Positions 51,680 through 61,579 of a stretch of DNA of 64,000 nt are shown piece by piece (position 1 is the stretch's first letter; every line of letters begins with the position of its first letter). Both the position numbers and the translations under genes were made by a program. The stretch comes from an uncultured delta proteobacterium (GTDB taxonomy: Bacteria > Myxococcota_A > Polyangia > Polyangiales > Polyangiaceae). The notes below the pieces were generated by a model. That model saw only the letters and a program-made list of their open reading frames with translations. It made no database searches and had not been told where the DNA came from. Location: positions 32,001-96,000 of the forward strand of contig CAVQUB010000021.1 in the NCBI GenBank assembly GCA_963716725.1. The letters run 5' to 3'.

Positions 51680-53050
51680 ATGAAAGAGACGGAAACCCTC
51701 CCCCCCGGAAAGCTCATCGCGGGTCGTTACCGAGTCCAAGAACGCCTCGGCGAAGGCGGGATGGGCTCGGTGTACGCGGTGGAGCACGTGCACACCGGAC
51801 AAGAACTCGCGCTCAAGGTCCTGAACGCGAAGATGGTTCAAGATCAGATCGCGCTGGAGCGATTTCGCCGGGAGTCGCGCGCCCCCGCGCGCATCCAGAG
51901 CGATCACGTCGTGCAGGTGACCGACGCGGACGTCGCGCCCGAGCTCGGCGGCGCGCCCTTCTTGATCATGGAGCGGCTGCGGGGTCAGAGCTTCGACCAG
52001 CTCTTGGCGGGGGCGGTGATGTCACCCGCCGCGACCCTCCTCTACCTGGGACAAGTGGCGCGCGCCTTGGACAAGGCCCACGGCCTGGGCATCATCCATC
52101 GAGACATCAAGCCCGAGAACATCTTCCTGACGAAGCGCGAGGACGGAACTCCGCTGGTGAAGCTGCTGGATTTCGGCATCGCAAAGCTCACCGAGGGCAC
52201 GGACATGTCCTCCAAGACCGCGACGGGCGCGATCTTCGGCACACCCCTGTACATGGCGCCGGAGCAAATCCTCGGGCAGCCCGATCGCATCTGCGCCCAG
52301 ACCGACATCTGGGCGTTGGGCGTCTTGGCCCATCGCATGTTGACCGGCGCCGAACCCTGGACCGCGCAGACCCTGCCGCATCTGGTGGCTCAGATCGCCT
52401 ACGAGCAACTGCCGACCCCGAGCCAGCGCGGCTCCGATCTCGGTCCCGGTTTCGACGCTTGGTTCGCCCGCGTCTGCGCGCGGCAACTGGAAGACCGCTA
52501 CGCCTCGGCCTCCGAAGCCGTCTCGGCCCTCGCGACTGCCCTCGGCGTCGAGGCCTCGGCGCTCAGCGTGAGCGGTGAGGTCAGGTCGAGCCACCACGTC
52601 ATCCGCTCGAACCGCGACGTCGCGCTGGCCGAAACCGCGGTGGCCCCCACCGACACCGGCATCGGCTCGGACACGCTGGCCGCGCAGGTCACGCTGCGCA
52701 AAGGCGGAGGCCGCGTGGTGATGGTCGCGGCCGTTTCGGGCATCGCGGGGCTGCTCGGGGTCGGTTTGTGGCTCGCGCTGCGCTCGCCGGTCCCGGCCAG
52801 CGAGCCCGCGGGCACGGCGGCCGCCGCGATCTCGACCGCTCGGTCGGATCCGACCGCGCCGACCACACCCAGCGGGCCTCCCAGTGTCGAGGTCGCCATC
52901 ACGCCGCCGACGTCGGCGTCCGCCGCAGGCTCCGAGGCTCCTCGAGTCCTGCCGCTTCCGAAACCGGTCGGCAAGCCGCCGAGCCAAGGCAAGACGCCTC
53001 CGAAACCGAGCGGCGCTAACGTCGACCCGCTGGACATGGGAAGGAAATGA
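51680..53050 (+). CDS. Ser/Thr protein kinase with one TM helix and a Pro-rich tail
   Basis: LGEGGMGSVY, ALK, HRDIKPEN, DFGIAK, GTPLYMAPEQ. Confidence 0.95.
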   Translation: MKETETLPPGKLIAGRYRVQERLGEGGMGSVYAVEHVHTGQELALKVLNAKMVQDQIALERFRRESRAPARIQSDHVVQVTDADVAPELGGAPFLIMERLRGQSFDQLLAGAVMSPAATLLYLGQVARALDKAHGLGIIHRDIKPENIFLTKREDGTPLVKLLDFGIAKLTEGTDMSSKTATGAIFGTPLYMAPEQILGQPDRICAQTDIWALGVLAHRMLTGAEPWTAQTLPHLVAQIAYEQLPTPSQRGSDLGPGFDAWFARVCARQLEDRYASASEAVSALATALGVEASALSVSGEVRSSHHVIRSNRDVALAETAVAPTDTGIGSDTLAAQVTLRKGGGRVVMVAAVSGIAGLLGVGLWLALRSPVPASEPAGTAAAAISTARSDPTAPTTPSGPPSVEVAITPPTSASAAGSEAPRVLPLPKPVGKPPSQGKTPPKPSGANVDPLDMGRK

Positions 53051-54075
53051 GACTCACTCCTCGCCGGATCCGCTCCGCGCTATTCATGGTTGCCATCGCG
53101 CTCGCATCGAGCCACTCCCCTGCGCAAGGCGACGCGGCCGCGGCAGAGCAGCTGTACAAGCAAGGCAAGGCCCTCGCGAAGAAGGGCGACTATGCCGCCG
53201 CGTGCCCCAAGTTCGAGGCGAGCTACGGTCTCGACCGAGGCCTGGGTGCGCTGCTCAACTTGGCCGACTGTCACGAGCGACTGGGCAAGCTAGCCTCCGC
53301 GTGGGCGGAGTGGAACGAGGCCCATGACCTGGCCAAGCGGTCCAAGGACGACCGCGCGAAGTACGCCGGCGATCGCCGCGACAAGATCGAGCCGAAGCTG
53401 CCCAAGCTGCAGATCAACGTGAAGAACCCCGTGGACTCGCTGGCCGTCTACCGCGGCGACGCCCAGATCGAAGCTGCGACCTACGGTGCCGCGCTGGCGG
53501 TGGATCCCGGCGAGGTGCTCGTCAGCGTGCGGCGCGGGGATCAGACGCTCAAGAGCGAGACCGTCACCGCGAAAGAAGCCCAGACCGCCACCGTCGAGCT
53601 CGACCTCGCCGCTATCGACGCGGAGTTCCCGGCGCCCAAGCCCGCGCCGACCGCGACCGCGACCGCGACCGCGACGGCGCCACCGCCGCCCGCTCCCCGC
53701 GCGCCACCGCCTTCGAGCTCGCAGAAGACCATCGGCTACGTCGTCGGCGGCGTGGGCGTGGCGGCGCTGGTCACCGCAGGAGTGCTCGAGGGCCTGGCCC
53801 TGAGCAAGAAGTCCAAGGCCGACGAGCCCGATCAGTGCGTCAACGGGTACTGCAGCCCCAACGGGTTTCAGACCATCGAAGACGCGAAGCGCCTCGCCAC
53901 CATCGGCCAGTGGGTGGGCATTGGCGGCGTTCTGTTCACGGCGGTCGGAGCGACGCTCGTGCTCACGGCGCCGTCGTCCAGGGAGACCGCCCGGGCGAAG
54001 CGCCCGGCACGCGTCGGCGCCGGCGGATGGATCGCGCCTTCGGGGGGCGGCATCACCATCAACGGGTCGTTGTGA
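53047..54075 (+). CDS. TPR + PEGA-like exported/membrane protein
   Basis: AEQLYKQG..AAACPKFEAS..LLNLADCHE.LG..ASAW; beta region; two C-terminal hydrophobic segments; ATGA overlap with the kinase. Confidence 0.82.
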   Translation: MRLTPRRIRSALFMVAIALASSHSPAQGDAAAAEQLYKQGKALAKKGDYAAACPKFEASYGLDRGLGALLNLADCHERLGKLASAWAEWNEAHDLAKRSKDDRAKYAGDRRDKIEPKLPKLQINVKNPVDSLAVYRGDAQIEAATYGAALAVDPGEVLVSVRRGDQTLKSETVTAKEAQTATVELDLAAIDAEFPAPKPAPTATATATATAPPPPAPRAPPPSSSQKTIGYVVGGVGVAALVTAGVLEGLALSKKSKADEPDQCVNGYCSPNGFQTIEDAKRLATIGQWVGIGGVLFTAVGATLVLTAPSSRETARAKRPARVGAGGWIAPSGGGITINGSL

Positions 54076-54443
54076 TGGCGCCGCGACACTTGGTCGCGCT
54101 GGGATTGCTCGCGGTCGTTGCAGCGCCGAGCTGCGTGAGCACGCTGGGGCTCAACGAGGAGTACCGTTCGGCGGTCGAGCAACTGTGCGCTTGCCCGAGC
54201 ATATCTCCCCCGTTTGCAACCACGAGAGCGTGCGTCGCCGAGCTCGAGTTTCGGCTCGAGCGCGCCAGCGCGTCCGGGCGCTCCGCGTGGATGAAGAACT
54301 TCACGGAGAAATGCGACACCTGCCCCGCCGATCCCATTCAGGAGTGCGTTCGGGTGACTCCGACTTGCGAGGGTACGGGTGAGTGCCCAAGCGCTGGGTG
54401 CCAGCTCTGCTGCCAGGAGTTGCCGGAGAAGAAGTGCTTCTGA
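54075..54443 (+). CDS. Short Cys-rich lipoprotein
   Basis: AAPSC lipobox; TGATG coupling; N-domain resembles those of the next two Cys-rich proteins. Confidence 0.7.
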   Translation: MAPRHLVALGLLAVVAAPSCVSTLGLNEEYRSAVEQLCACPSISPPFATTRACVAELEFRLERASASGRSAWMKNFTEKCDTCPADPIQECVRVTPTCEGTGECPSAGCQLCCQELPEKKCF

Positions 54444-55634
54444 GGCGCGCCCCCCTCGCCGCGGCGCTCGGCCTGCTGATCGCCATCCCGAGCTGCAGCG
54501 GGCTGCTCGAGCTGGACGGCTACTCCGACGCCACCGGCGAGCTCTGCGATTCTGTTTCGCACCTGCTACCAATTCGACTGCGCGGCGCAGGTCGGCAATG
54601 CGCTCGGCAACGCCGACGCCAGCGGGCGAGCGTCGTGGCTCGCGGCGCTCTCGGACCAGGGCTGCCTCGAGCAGTGCTCGGCGGCGAGGCGCTGCCTGAA
54701 CATCGAACCCGTGTGCCTGCCAGAGAAGGCCAGCTGCACGCGCACCGAGCAGTGCTGCGGTTTCTTGAACGGCGCCACCGAATGCGGCGCGCCGACCGGG
54801 GGGGATAGCGTCTGCTGTCGCGCCCAAGGCGCGACCTGCGCGAGCAACGACGATTGCTGCGACGGAAACTGTGATCGCTCCACCAGCACTTGCGGCGGCA
54901 CCGTGTGCGCCAGTGTGGGCGAGGTCTGCAAGAACGCCTTCGATTGCTGCTCGGGAAAGTGCGGCGCCGACCATCGATGCGAGCCGAACCTGTGCAGCCA
55001 AGAGGGCTTTGCCTGCGCCGCACAGGCCGAATGCTGCGTCGGGCTCTCCTGCACCGCGGGCGTGTGCGGCAAGGGCATCGTGTGCCGCGCCGACGGGGAA
55101 GAATGCGAGCCAACTGGCAATCCCCCGTGTTGTGACCAGCTGCCCTGTGTCCCGATCGGCAATTCCAAGGGACTTTGTCGGAGCTGCCTGCAAGGCAACG
55201 AGCCCTGCGACCCGGACGACCCCAAGTGTTGCGAGGGCCAGTATTGCGATCCATACAAGAAGCTCTGCGGGAACAGGTGCGTCGGCCCGGACCAACCATG
55301 CGAGAACAACTTCGACTGCTGCAGCACGCAGTGCGACCGTGCCGCCGGCTCGGCGCAGGGAACCTGCGCGTGTTCGAAGGGTTCTTGCGTCGACGACACC
55401 GACTGCTGCGACAAGACGGCGGGCCAGTGCGTCGGCGGCAGCTGCCAGCTCGACTGCAAGGTGGGCACGTCGTGTCACAACGCCTGCGTGGCCGGACCGG
55501 CGATGAAGAAGGACTGCTCCCCCTGCGTGGCGACGGTCTGCGCCGACGACCCGTTTTGTTGCTGCCAGCTCTGGGACGACCTGTGCGTCGACCGCGCTTT
55601 CAAGACCTGCACCGCAGCCTGCAAGGACCCCTGA
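54434..55634 (+). CDS. Cys-rich lipoprotein; frameshift near 54550-54570
   Basis: IPSCSGLLELDGYSDATGELC, then in another frame SDQGCLEQCSAARRCLNI; CC..C repeats; paralog of 57180..58361. Confidence 0.8.
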
Positions 55635-55644
55635 CGGAGAGCCC

Positions 55645-57141
55645 ATGATGAAACTGCGAGCACTGAGCGTGATCGGTCTCATGGCCTGCGCCGCCGGTTG
55701 CGGCGCCTCCTCGTCGGAGGACGCGGCGGGAGGTCTCGGCGGCGCGGGCGGCGGCCCCGGGTTGACGAACTTCGGAGTCGAGCCGGCCGAAGACGGTCCG
55801 GAGGCGGACTCGGCGAGCGACTCTTCGAAACTCGGCCCGGCCTCCTGTGTCAGCGACCTGCCGCTCGAGCAGGTCGAGCTTTCGCTCGGTGACATTCAAG
55901 GCGCGGCCAGCGCGGCTCGCGCCCGCGAGGTCTTGCTGCGCAGCCCGGCCGAGTCCCCGTGGCCGAGCCGGATCCGCGTCAGCGATTTCCTGAACTACTA
56001 CCGGGTGAGCGTGGACGCACCCGCCACCGAGGCATCCATCACGCTGCAGGCGAGGCCCCGGATGCTCTACAGCGACGTGGGCCAGAGCACCCAAGCCACC
56101 GGCCAGTGGGACGTGGTCGTCGCGCTGCACGCGCCGGTGGCGAACGTGCGCAAGCAGCACGCGTTGATCGCGATCGTCGATACTACGCCGAGCATGGCGG
56201 GGGTCGGCATTGGCAGGGCCAAGGCCGTGCTCAGCGCGCTGATCAACAGCGCCGCGGCGGGCGACCACCTCGTCGTCCTGACCACCGACCCCGAGCAGGG
56301 CAACCCCATCGAGCTGGATCTCGTGGGAGCTGCGGAGCGCGAACAAGCCGCCCGCGCCGTGGGCGAGCTGGAGCTGGGGGGCGAGAGCGCGATCACCGAG
56401 GCCATCGCCCGGGCCTACGACTTAGCCGAGCTCAAGCAGAGTCTCGGCATGCCGGCGCGGGTGATGCTGGTGAGCGACGGAGGTGGCGACGTCGCTGGCC
56501 TGGACGAAGGCCGATTGACGACCGGATCACAGCCCGGCGAAAACCCCATCGCGCTCACCGCCGTCGGCACTGGCTCGTCGAGCTGGTATCGATCCACGTT
56601 GTTGCGCCGGGCCGCTGAGCTGGGTCGCGGACCCTACGTCTACGTGGATTCGGAGGACGAGGCCGAGTCGTTGTTTGGATCTCGGCTCCCCGAAATGACC
56701 GAGATCGCCCTCGACGGGCTCTCAATCCAGCTCGAGGTTTCTTCCTTCTACACGGTCCACGAGGCCGGCGAAGGCATCCCCTCGGGCAGCTCGCCCCCGC
56801 AGTACCTGGCGCCCGGCGCCTCGACCACGAAGCTCTTCCGCCTCGTTCCCTGCAAGTTTGGCGCTACCCCCAGCGACACTACGATCGCGGTGACGGCCAC
56901 GCATTCCGGCGGCACGGTCGGCTGGACGGGTGACCTGCTGGCGTTGAAGAAGCAGCCGGCCGCCGCAATGCTCGACAAAGCCCTCGCCATCGACGCCTAC
57001 GCATCAGCCCTGCGCGCTCGAGAGGCTACCCGGCTCGCGGCCGCACAAACCCTGATTGCGGCGGCGCTGAAGGCCGGCCCGGATCCAGATCTCTTGGAGA
57101 TGAAGGAGCTCGTCGCACGTCATCCGCTCCTGAATCCCTGA
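55645..57141 (+). CDS. VWA domain lipoprotein (YfbK-like)
   Basis: IRVSDFLNYY, IVDTTPSM, MLVSDG, AVGTG, LRRAAELGRG.Y, PQYLAPG. Confidence 0.82.
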   Translation: MMKLRALSVIGLMACAAGCGASSSEDAAGGLGGAGGGPGLTNFGVEPAEDGPEADSASDSSKLGPASCVSDLPLEQVELSLGDIQGAASAARAREVLLRSPAESPWPSRIRVSDFLNYYRVSVDAPATEASITLQARPRMLYSDVGQSTQATGQWDVVVALHAPVANVRKQHALIAIVDTTPSMAGVGIGRAKAVLSALINSAAAGDHLVVLTTDPEQGNPIELDLVGAAEREQAARAVGELELGGESAITEAIARAYDLAELKQSLGMPARVMLVSDGGGDVAGLDEGRLTTGSQPGENPIALTAVGTGSSSWYRSTLLRRAAELGRGPYVYVDSEDEAESLFGSRLPEMTEIALDGLSIQLEVSSFYTVHEAGEGIPSGSSPPQYLAPGASTTKLFRLVPCKFGATPSDTTIAVTATHSGGTVGWTGDLLALKKQPAAAMLDKALAIDAYASALRAREATRLAAAQTLIAAALKAGPDPDLLEMKELVARHPLLNP

Positions 57142-57179
57142 TCTCGTCGAGCCGCCAACTACGCTAGGTTGGTCCAGAA

Positions 57180-58361
57180 ATGAAGCTTCGATTCGCGTTC
57201 ACCACCGCCGGTCTCCTGGCGGTCGTCGGCTGCGCATCCCTGTTCGGCGTCGATGGCTACAGCGACTCGACCGAAGAACTCTGTGAGCTCCTCGAGCGCT
57301 GCTACCAAGTCAAAGATTGCCGCGACCGGCTCGGTCCTCGACTCGATGCGGCGTCGGCTTCGGAGCGTAGCGACTGGCTGAGCGCCATCAGCGACCAGGC
57401 CTGCCTCGAGCAGTGCAGCGCGGCGCGACGCTGCCTCAACATTGCTCCCGTCTGCGGGGCTCAGGCGTCGCAGTGCTCGAGCCCGCAAGAGTGTTGCGGC
57501 TTCCTGAACGGAGTGCGGTCCTGCGGACAGGACGGGACCTGCTGCCTCGCGAAGGGCGCGGCGTGCGGGCCCGAGTCGCAGTGCTGCAACAACGATTGCA
57601 AGAACGGGTTTTGCGGCGGAGCGAAGTGCGCGGAGCCCGGAGCGCCCTGCCTCAACCCCTTCGAGTGCTGCACCAACATCTGCATCGCGGGAAAGTGCTC
57701 CGAAGGCATTTGCATCGAGCTCGGGGGCGGCTGCGAGGCGACCGAGGACTGCTGCGAGGGCAAGTGCCTCGGGGGCCGCTGCGGGTACGAGGAGTGTCGT
57801 GCGGAGAACGAGGCCTGCACGGACGGCGTTCAATGCTGCGACGGGCGGCCATGCGTCGAAATTCCCGCAAGCCCCGGGGTGAAGCTCTGCCAGGGCAGCA
57901 AGCCCTGCGCGCCCCTCGACTTTCCTTGCCAGGAGAACACCGACTGCTGCGTCGACGGGGACCAGCCGCTCGTCTGCGATCCCAAGGCCAAGCGCTGCGG
58001 CGAAGCCTGCCGAGCTCTGGGAATATCGTGTTCGACCCCCGGCGAGTGCTGCAGCAAGGTTTGTGAGAGCGGTATTTGCGGCTGCTCGAACGACGCTTGC
58101 ACTGGGTTGGGCGACTGCTGCGGCGAGGCCGTGTGCGTGGGCGGCGTGTGCGAGACCAACTGCGCCCCCGCTGTCTGTCACGACGAGTGCGTGCCCGGCG
58201 GACCGCTCTCGCCATCGTGCTCCAAGATCGGCCCTCCGGCAGTGGACGGCGCGTGCGTCCAGAAGGTGTGCGAGAAGGACGGATATTGTTGCTGCAAAGC
58301 CTGGGACGCCGCGTGCATTCAGGGCGCCCTGGATCTGTGCCCCAAGACAGTCTGCCAGTGA
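57180..58361 (+). CDS. Cys-rich lipoprotein
   Basis: VVGC lipobox; DGYSDSTEELC; many CC..C repeats; terminal CHDEC..G..C..CV..VC..D.YCC..WD..C domain. Confidence 0.85.
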   Translation: MKLRFAFTTAGLLAVVGCASLFGVDGYSDSTEELCELLERCYQVKDCRDRLGPRLDAASASERSDWLSAISDQACLEQCSAARRCLNIAPVCGAQASQCSSPQECCGFLNGVRSCGQDGTCCLAKGAACGPESQCCNNDCKNGFCGGAKCAEPGAPCLNPFECCTNICIAGKCSEGICIELGGGCEATEDCCEGKCLGGRCGYEECRAENEACTDGVQCCDGRPCVEIPASPGVKLCQGSKPCAPLDFPCQENTDCCVDGDQPLVCDPKAKRCGEACRALGISCSTPGECCSKVCESGICGCSNDACTGLGDCCGEAVCVGGVCETNCAPAVCHDECVPGGPLSPSCSKIGPPAVDGACVQKVCEKDGYCCCKAWDAACIQGALDLCPKTVCQ

Positions 58362-58449
58362 TCCGTGCCACAGTGTGCCAGGGCCGGGGCGGGATCCTGC
58401 GGGATCCCCGGGGGCCGGCCAGGCACGCTGCGTGCTAGGCTTTGGGGTC

Positions 58450-59976
58450 ATGAACCGCTGGTGCGCGTTGGCTCTGGTCCCGTTGGCGGTTGCGTGTGGG
58501 TCGAACGCGTCCGACGGGGCGCTGGATGAGGGCGGCAGCGGAGGGGGCATGAACATGGGGGGCGGAGGCGGGCTGAGCGGAGGCCCCCCCATCAGCGGCA
58601 GCGGAGGCTCCGGCCTCACCGGATCCGAAGCCGCCACGCTCGAGCCCAATCTGGCATCGAAGAGTGGCGGGGCGCAGAATGCGCCCGGCTGCCCTGGGTT
58701 CACCGGCGCTACCCAGCTCGACCTAACGGTCGCTGACGCCCGCGGGATGGCTAGCGGACCGCGTGTGCGCGAGCTCGTGGCCGCCGGGCAGGCCGGGCCG
58801 GCGGCGGTCCGAACCAGTGAAGTGAACAACTACTACCGCTTGAGCTGGCCGAACACGCCGGAGCCCGGCGGCTTCCTTTCGCGAGTCGGCGTCCGCCCGC
58901 GCAAGGTCGGCACCACCGTGTTGCCAGGCCACTACGATCTGCTGGTTGCGGTCCGTGCTGACCCAAACGTGCATCTTCGCCAGAAGGTGGAGATGGTCGT
59001 GGTGGTCGACACCTCGGCTTGGATGACCGAGGAGGGCTTGGCCCGGGGCCGTAAGGTGGTGCGAGCCCTCGCGAACTCGATGCTGCCGGGCGACTACTTT
59101 GCGTTGAAGTCCCTGGCCGGGACGGTGCTATTCGAGTCCGTGCTGCTCGCGCCGAGTGCCGAGCTCGCCGACGTCGAGGCCAAGCTCGTCCGGGAAGACG
59201 GCGGCTCGGTTCGAAGCTCGGTGGAAGGCGCCTTGGCCAAGCTCCAGGAGACCCCGCCGGAGCCTGCGGTCTGGAAGCGCGTCGTGTTTGTGGGTAACGG
59301 CGCGACTGACGACGGCCCCAATCCGGCTATCATCCAGAAGGCCGCGACAAGTGCACACCAGGTGTTCGTCTCGGCCGTCGGCGTGGGACAGGACGGCTAC
59401 AACGGCGGCATGCTCGCCGGACTCGCGCGGGCTGGCCGGGGCGCGCACTTGTACATCGACAACCTCGATGAGCCGGCCAAGCTCATCGAGGCACGCTTTG
59501 TCGAGCTCTTCGGCATAGCCGCCGACGACGTGCGCTTCGCGATCAGCTTGCCCTGGTTCATGCAGTCGCTCGACCCGGTGCCGCCTCCGGACTCCAGCGC
59601 CCCAGCGCCGCCGCAGTACCTCTCCCCGGGCGGCACGATGCTGCATGTCTTCCGGCTGTTCGTCTGCGAGGCCGCGCTGACCTCGGCAACAAACGATGTC
59701 ATCGGCATCTCCGTCGACTTCAGGCTGCCGGGGGAGACGACTTCGCAATCACTCCCGCTGGCGATGAAGCCCGTGGCCAAGGCGCTGCTTCAGCCCGTGC
59801 CCGAGCTCGACGAGCTCGAGGCCATCGACGCCTGGGTGTCGGCCTTCCGGTCGCCGAACTCGACTCGCTACGCACTCGCGAAGCAGCTGCTCGACTCGAC
59901 CGACTTGCAGGGCAAAGCCCCCTTCAGCGACCTGCTCACCATCCTCGACAAGCACCCGAACGCCCCCAAGAACTGA
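58450..59976 (+). CDS. VWA domain lipoprotein (YfbK-like), paralog of 55645..57141
   Basis: AVAC lipobox; VRTSEVNNYY, VVDTSAWM, FVGNG, AVGVG, LARAGRG, PQYLSPG. Confidence 0.82.
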   Translation: MNRWCALALVPLAVACGSNASDGALDEGGSGGGMNMGGGGGLSGGPPISGSGGSGLTGSEAATLEPNLASKSGGAQNAPGCPGFTGATQLDLTVADARGMASGPRVRELVAAGQAGPAAVRTSEVNNYYRLSWPNTPEPGGFLSRVGVRPRKVGTTVLPGHYDLLVAVRADPNVHLRQKVEMVVVVDTSAWMTEEGLARGRKVVRALANSMLPGDYFALKSLAGTVLFESVLLAPSAELADVEAKLVREDGGSVRSSVEGALAKLQETPPEPAVWKRVVFVGNGATDDGPNPAIIQKAATSAHQVFVSAVGVGQDGYNGGMLAGLARAGRGAHLYIDNLDEPAKLIEARFVELFGIAADDVRFAISLPWFMQSLDPVPPPDSSAPAPPQYLSPGGTMLHVFRLFVCEAALTSATNDVIGISVDFRLPGETTSQSLPLAMKPVAKALLQPVPELDELEAIDAWVSAFRSPNSTRYALAKQLLDSTDLQGKAPFSDLLTILDKHPNAPKN

Positions 59977-59980
59977 GCGT

Positions 59981-60817
59981 TCAGCACTCACAACCGCCGA
60001 AGACGCAGAGCAGGCTCAGCGTCAGAGTGAAGTCGCCAGCGTCATTGGCGGTCTTGCCGTCGACGACCACCACGTACCATCCGTCTTCCGGCGCCACGAA
60101 GCTGGTGCTCCAGGTGCCCGCGCCGGTGTTCCCGCACAAGAGCTTCTTGCCGCACCCCTGATCGGTGCAGCCCGTGCCGGAGTAGATCTTGAAGACCCGA
60201 TCCCACGTCGGAGCGCTCGAGCACTTCGCGCCCTGGGTGAGCAGCACGTCGAGCTTCTCGAATTTCTTCAGGTACAGGCGCCAGGCTCGATCACGCCCGT
60301 CGTCTTTGCAGCTTGTCGCGTCGTAGCCGCTCAGGTCGTTCGCTACGCTGCAGGTGCTCGCCGTGACCTGAAAGCCGCCGGCCTTGGCAGCGGTGAGGCG
60401 CCCCACCACGCGAGCTCCGGAGCAGCCTGCGCCGCTCTCGCTCCCGTCCCCGCAGCCGAGCACGTTGCACGACGTGCCCCCTCCGCTGCCTCCGCTGCCT
60501 CCGCTGCCTCCGCTGCCTCCGCTGCCGCTGCCGCCGCCGACGCCGCTCCCACCCGTGCCTCCGCCCGTGACCGCACCGCCCACCCCGCCGCCGCCCGTCG
60601 GCAACGTCCCGCCGGTGCCGGCGCTGCCGCCCGCACCCGAGCCCGCGCTACCTCCCGCGGCCCCGGTACCGGCGCTGCCGCCGCCGCTCGCTCCGCCGGA
60701 TGACGCTCCCCCGGAGCCCCCGGGCGCGCCGCCGCCGCCCTCGCCTTCGCCGACGCCTTCGGCCGTTGCGCACGACAGCGCAAACCAAATCAGGGACAAA
60801 TGGTGAAAGCGCGACAA
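59981..60817 (-). CDS. Lipoprotein with Gly-rich linker and PPC-like beta domain
   Basis: ALSC lipobox, GGS repeats, GWYVVVVDG..GDFTL. Confidence 0.75.
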   Translation of the reverse strand: MSRFHHLSLIWFALSCATAEGVGEGEGGGGAPGGSGGASSGGASGGGSAGTGAAGGSAGSGAGGSAGTGGTLPTGGGGVGGAVTGGGTGGSGVGGGSGSGGSGGSGGSGGSGGGTSCNVLGCGDGSESGAGCSGARVVGRLTAAKAGGFQVTASTCSVANDLSGYDATSCKDDGRDRAWRLYLKKFEKLDVLLTQGAKCSSAPTWDRVFKIYSGTGCTDQGCGKKLLCGNTGAGTWSTSFVAPEDGWYVVVVDGKTANDAGDFTLTLSLLCVFGGCEC

Positions 60818-60849
60818 GTCGCGGAACTATAGCGCGCTCGCGCAGCCGG

Positions 60850-61431
60850 GTGAGTCGTGATCCGACGTATGCTGACCAGGTGGACGCCGAGGGCTTTCGA
60901 CCGCCGCCGCCAGTCCCCGTCGCCGCCACGCCACCGGTGCCGAGTAGTGGACTCAAGCTGCTCGGGATCGCGCAGTGTGCGCTCGGGGCCTTTGGCATCG
61001 CAACGGCGCCGCTCGCGCTCATCACTCGAGCATTGGTCCAAGATCCCGGCTCCCGTCAGGTCCAAGATCTGCTCTGGGATGGCTGGCTGGGAGCTTGGAC
61101 CTACGCCTCGCTCACGCTCGGCACCGCGCTGGCGGTCCTGCTGATCGTCGCCGGCGTCGCCGTCACGCGCGGTCGCGCGCTGGGGCGCAAGCTGTCGGTC
61201 GCGCACGCGCTCGCGACCCTCGCGCTGGTCGTCGTGGGCCAGATCGTCACCGCGCTGCTGCTCTATCCTGCTTTGCTGGAGCTCGCGGCGAGCGGAGGCG
61301 CCGCCGAGCGGGGCGGCGCGGTCGGCGGCATCGCCGGCGGTCTGCTCGGTAGCGCCGTCGCGCTGGTGCTGCCCGCCATCGAGCTGGTGGTGATGTCACG
61401 GCCGCAGGTCAAAGAGCAGCTCTCGCAATGA
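60850..61431 (+). CDS. Membrane protein with about four TM helices
   Basis: Four hydrophobic segments after a Pro-rich N-terminus. Confidence 0.65.
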   Translation: MSRDPTYADQVDAEGFRPPPPVPVAATPPVPSSGLKLLGIAQCALGAFGIATAPLALITRALVQDPGSRQVQDLLWDGWLGAWTYASLTLGTALAVLLIVAGVAVTRGRALGRKLSVAHALATLALVVVGQIVTALLLYPALLELAASGGAAERGGAVGGIAGGLLGSAVALVLPAIELVVMSRPQVKEQLSQ

Positions 61432-61579
61432 CGCCGCTCGCCCCCGGGGCTGAGCCGCCCGCTTCGCCCCGCCTCGCACTCGGCATTGGCGTCGGCGTCG
61501 TAGTGCTGGTGGCTCCTCGAGTTGAACGCGACGACGGATGCACCACGGATCTCGCTCTGGACGACCGCTCACGAATCGG

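Noticed and set aside
60470..60740. Gly/Ser micro-repeats here and at 23480-23700
   Set aside because: Ordinary low-complexity lipoprotein linkers.
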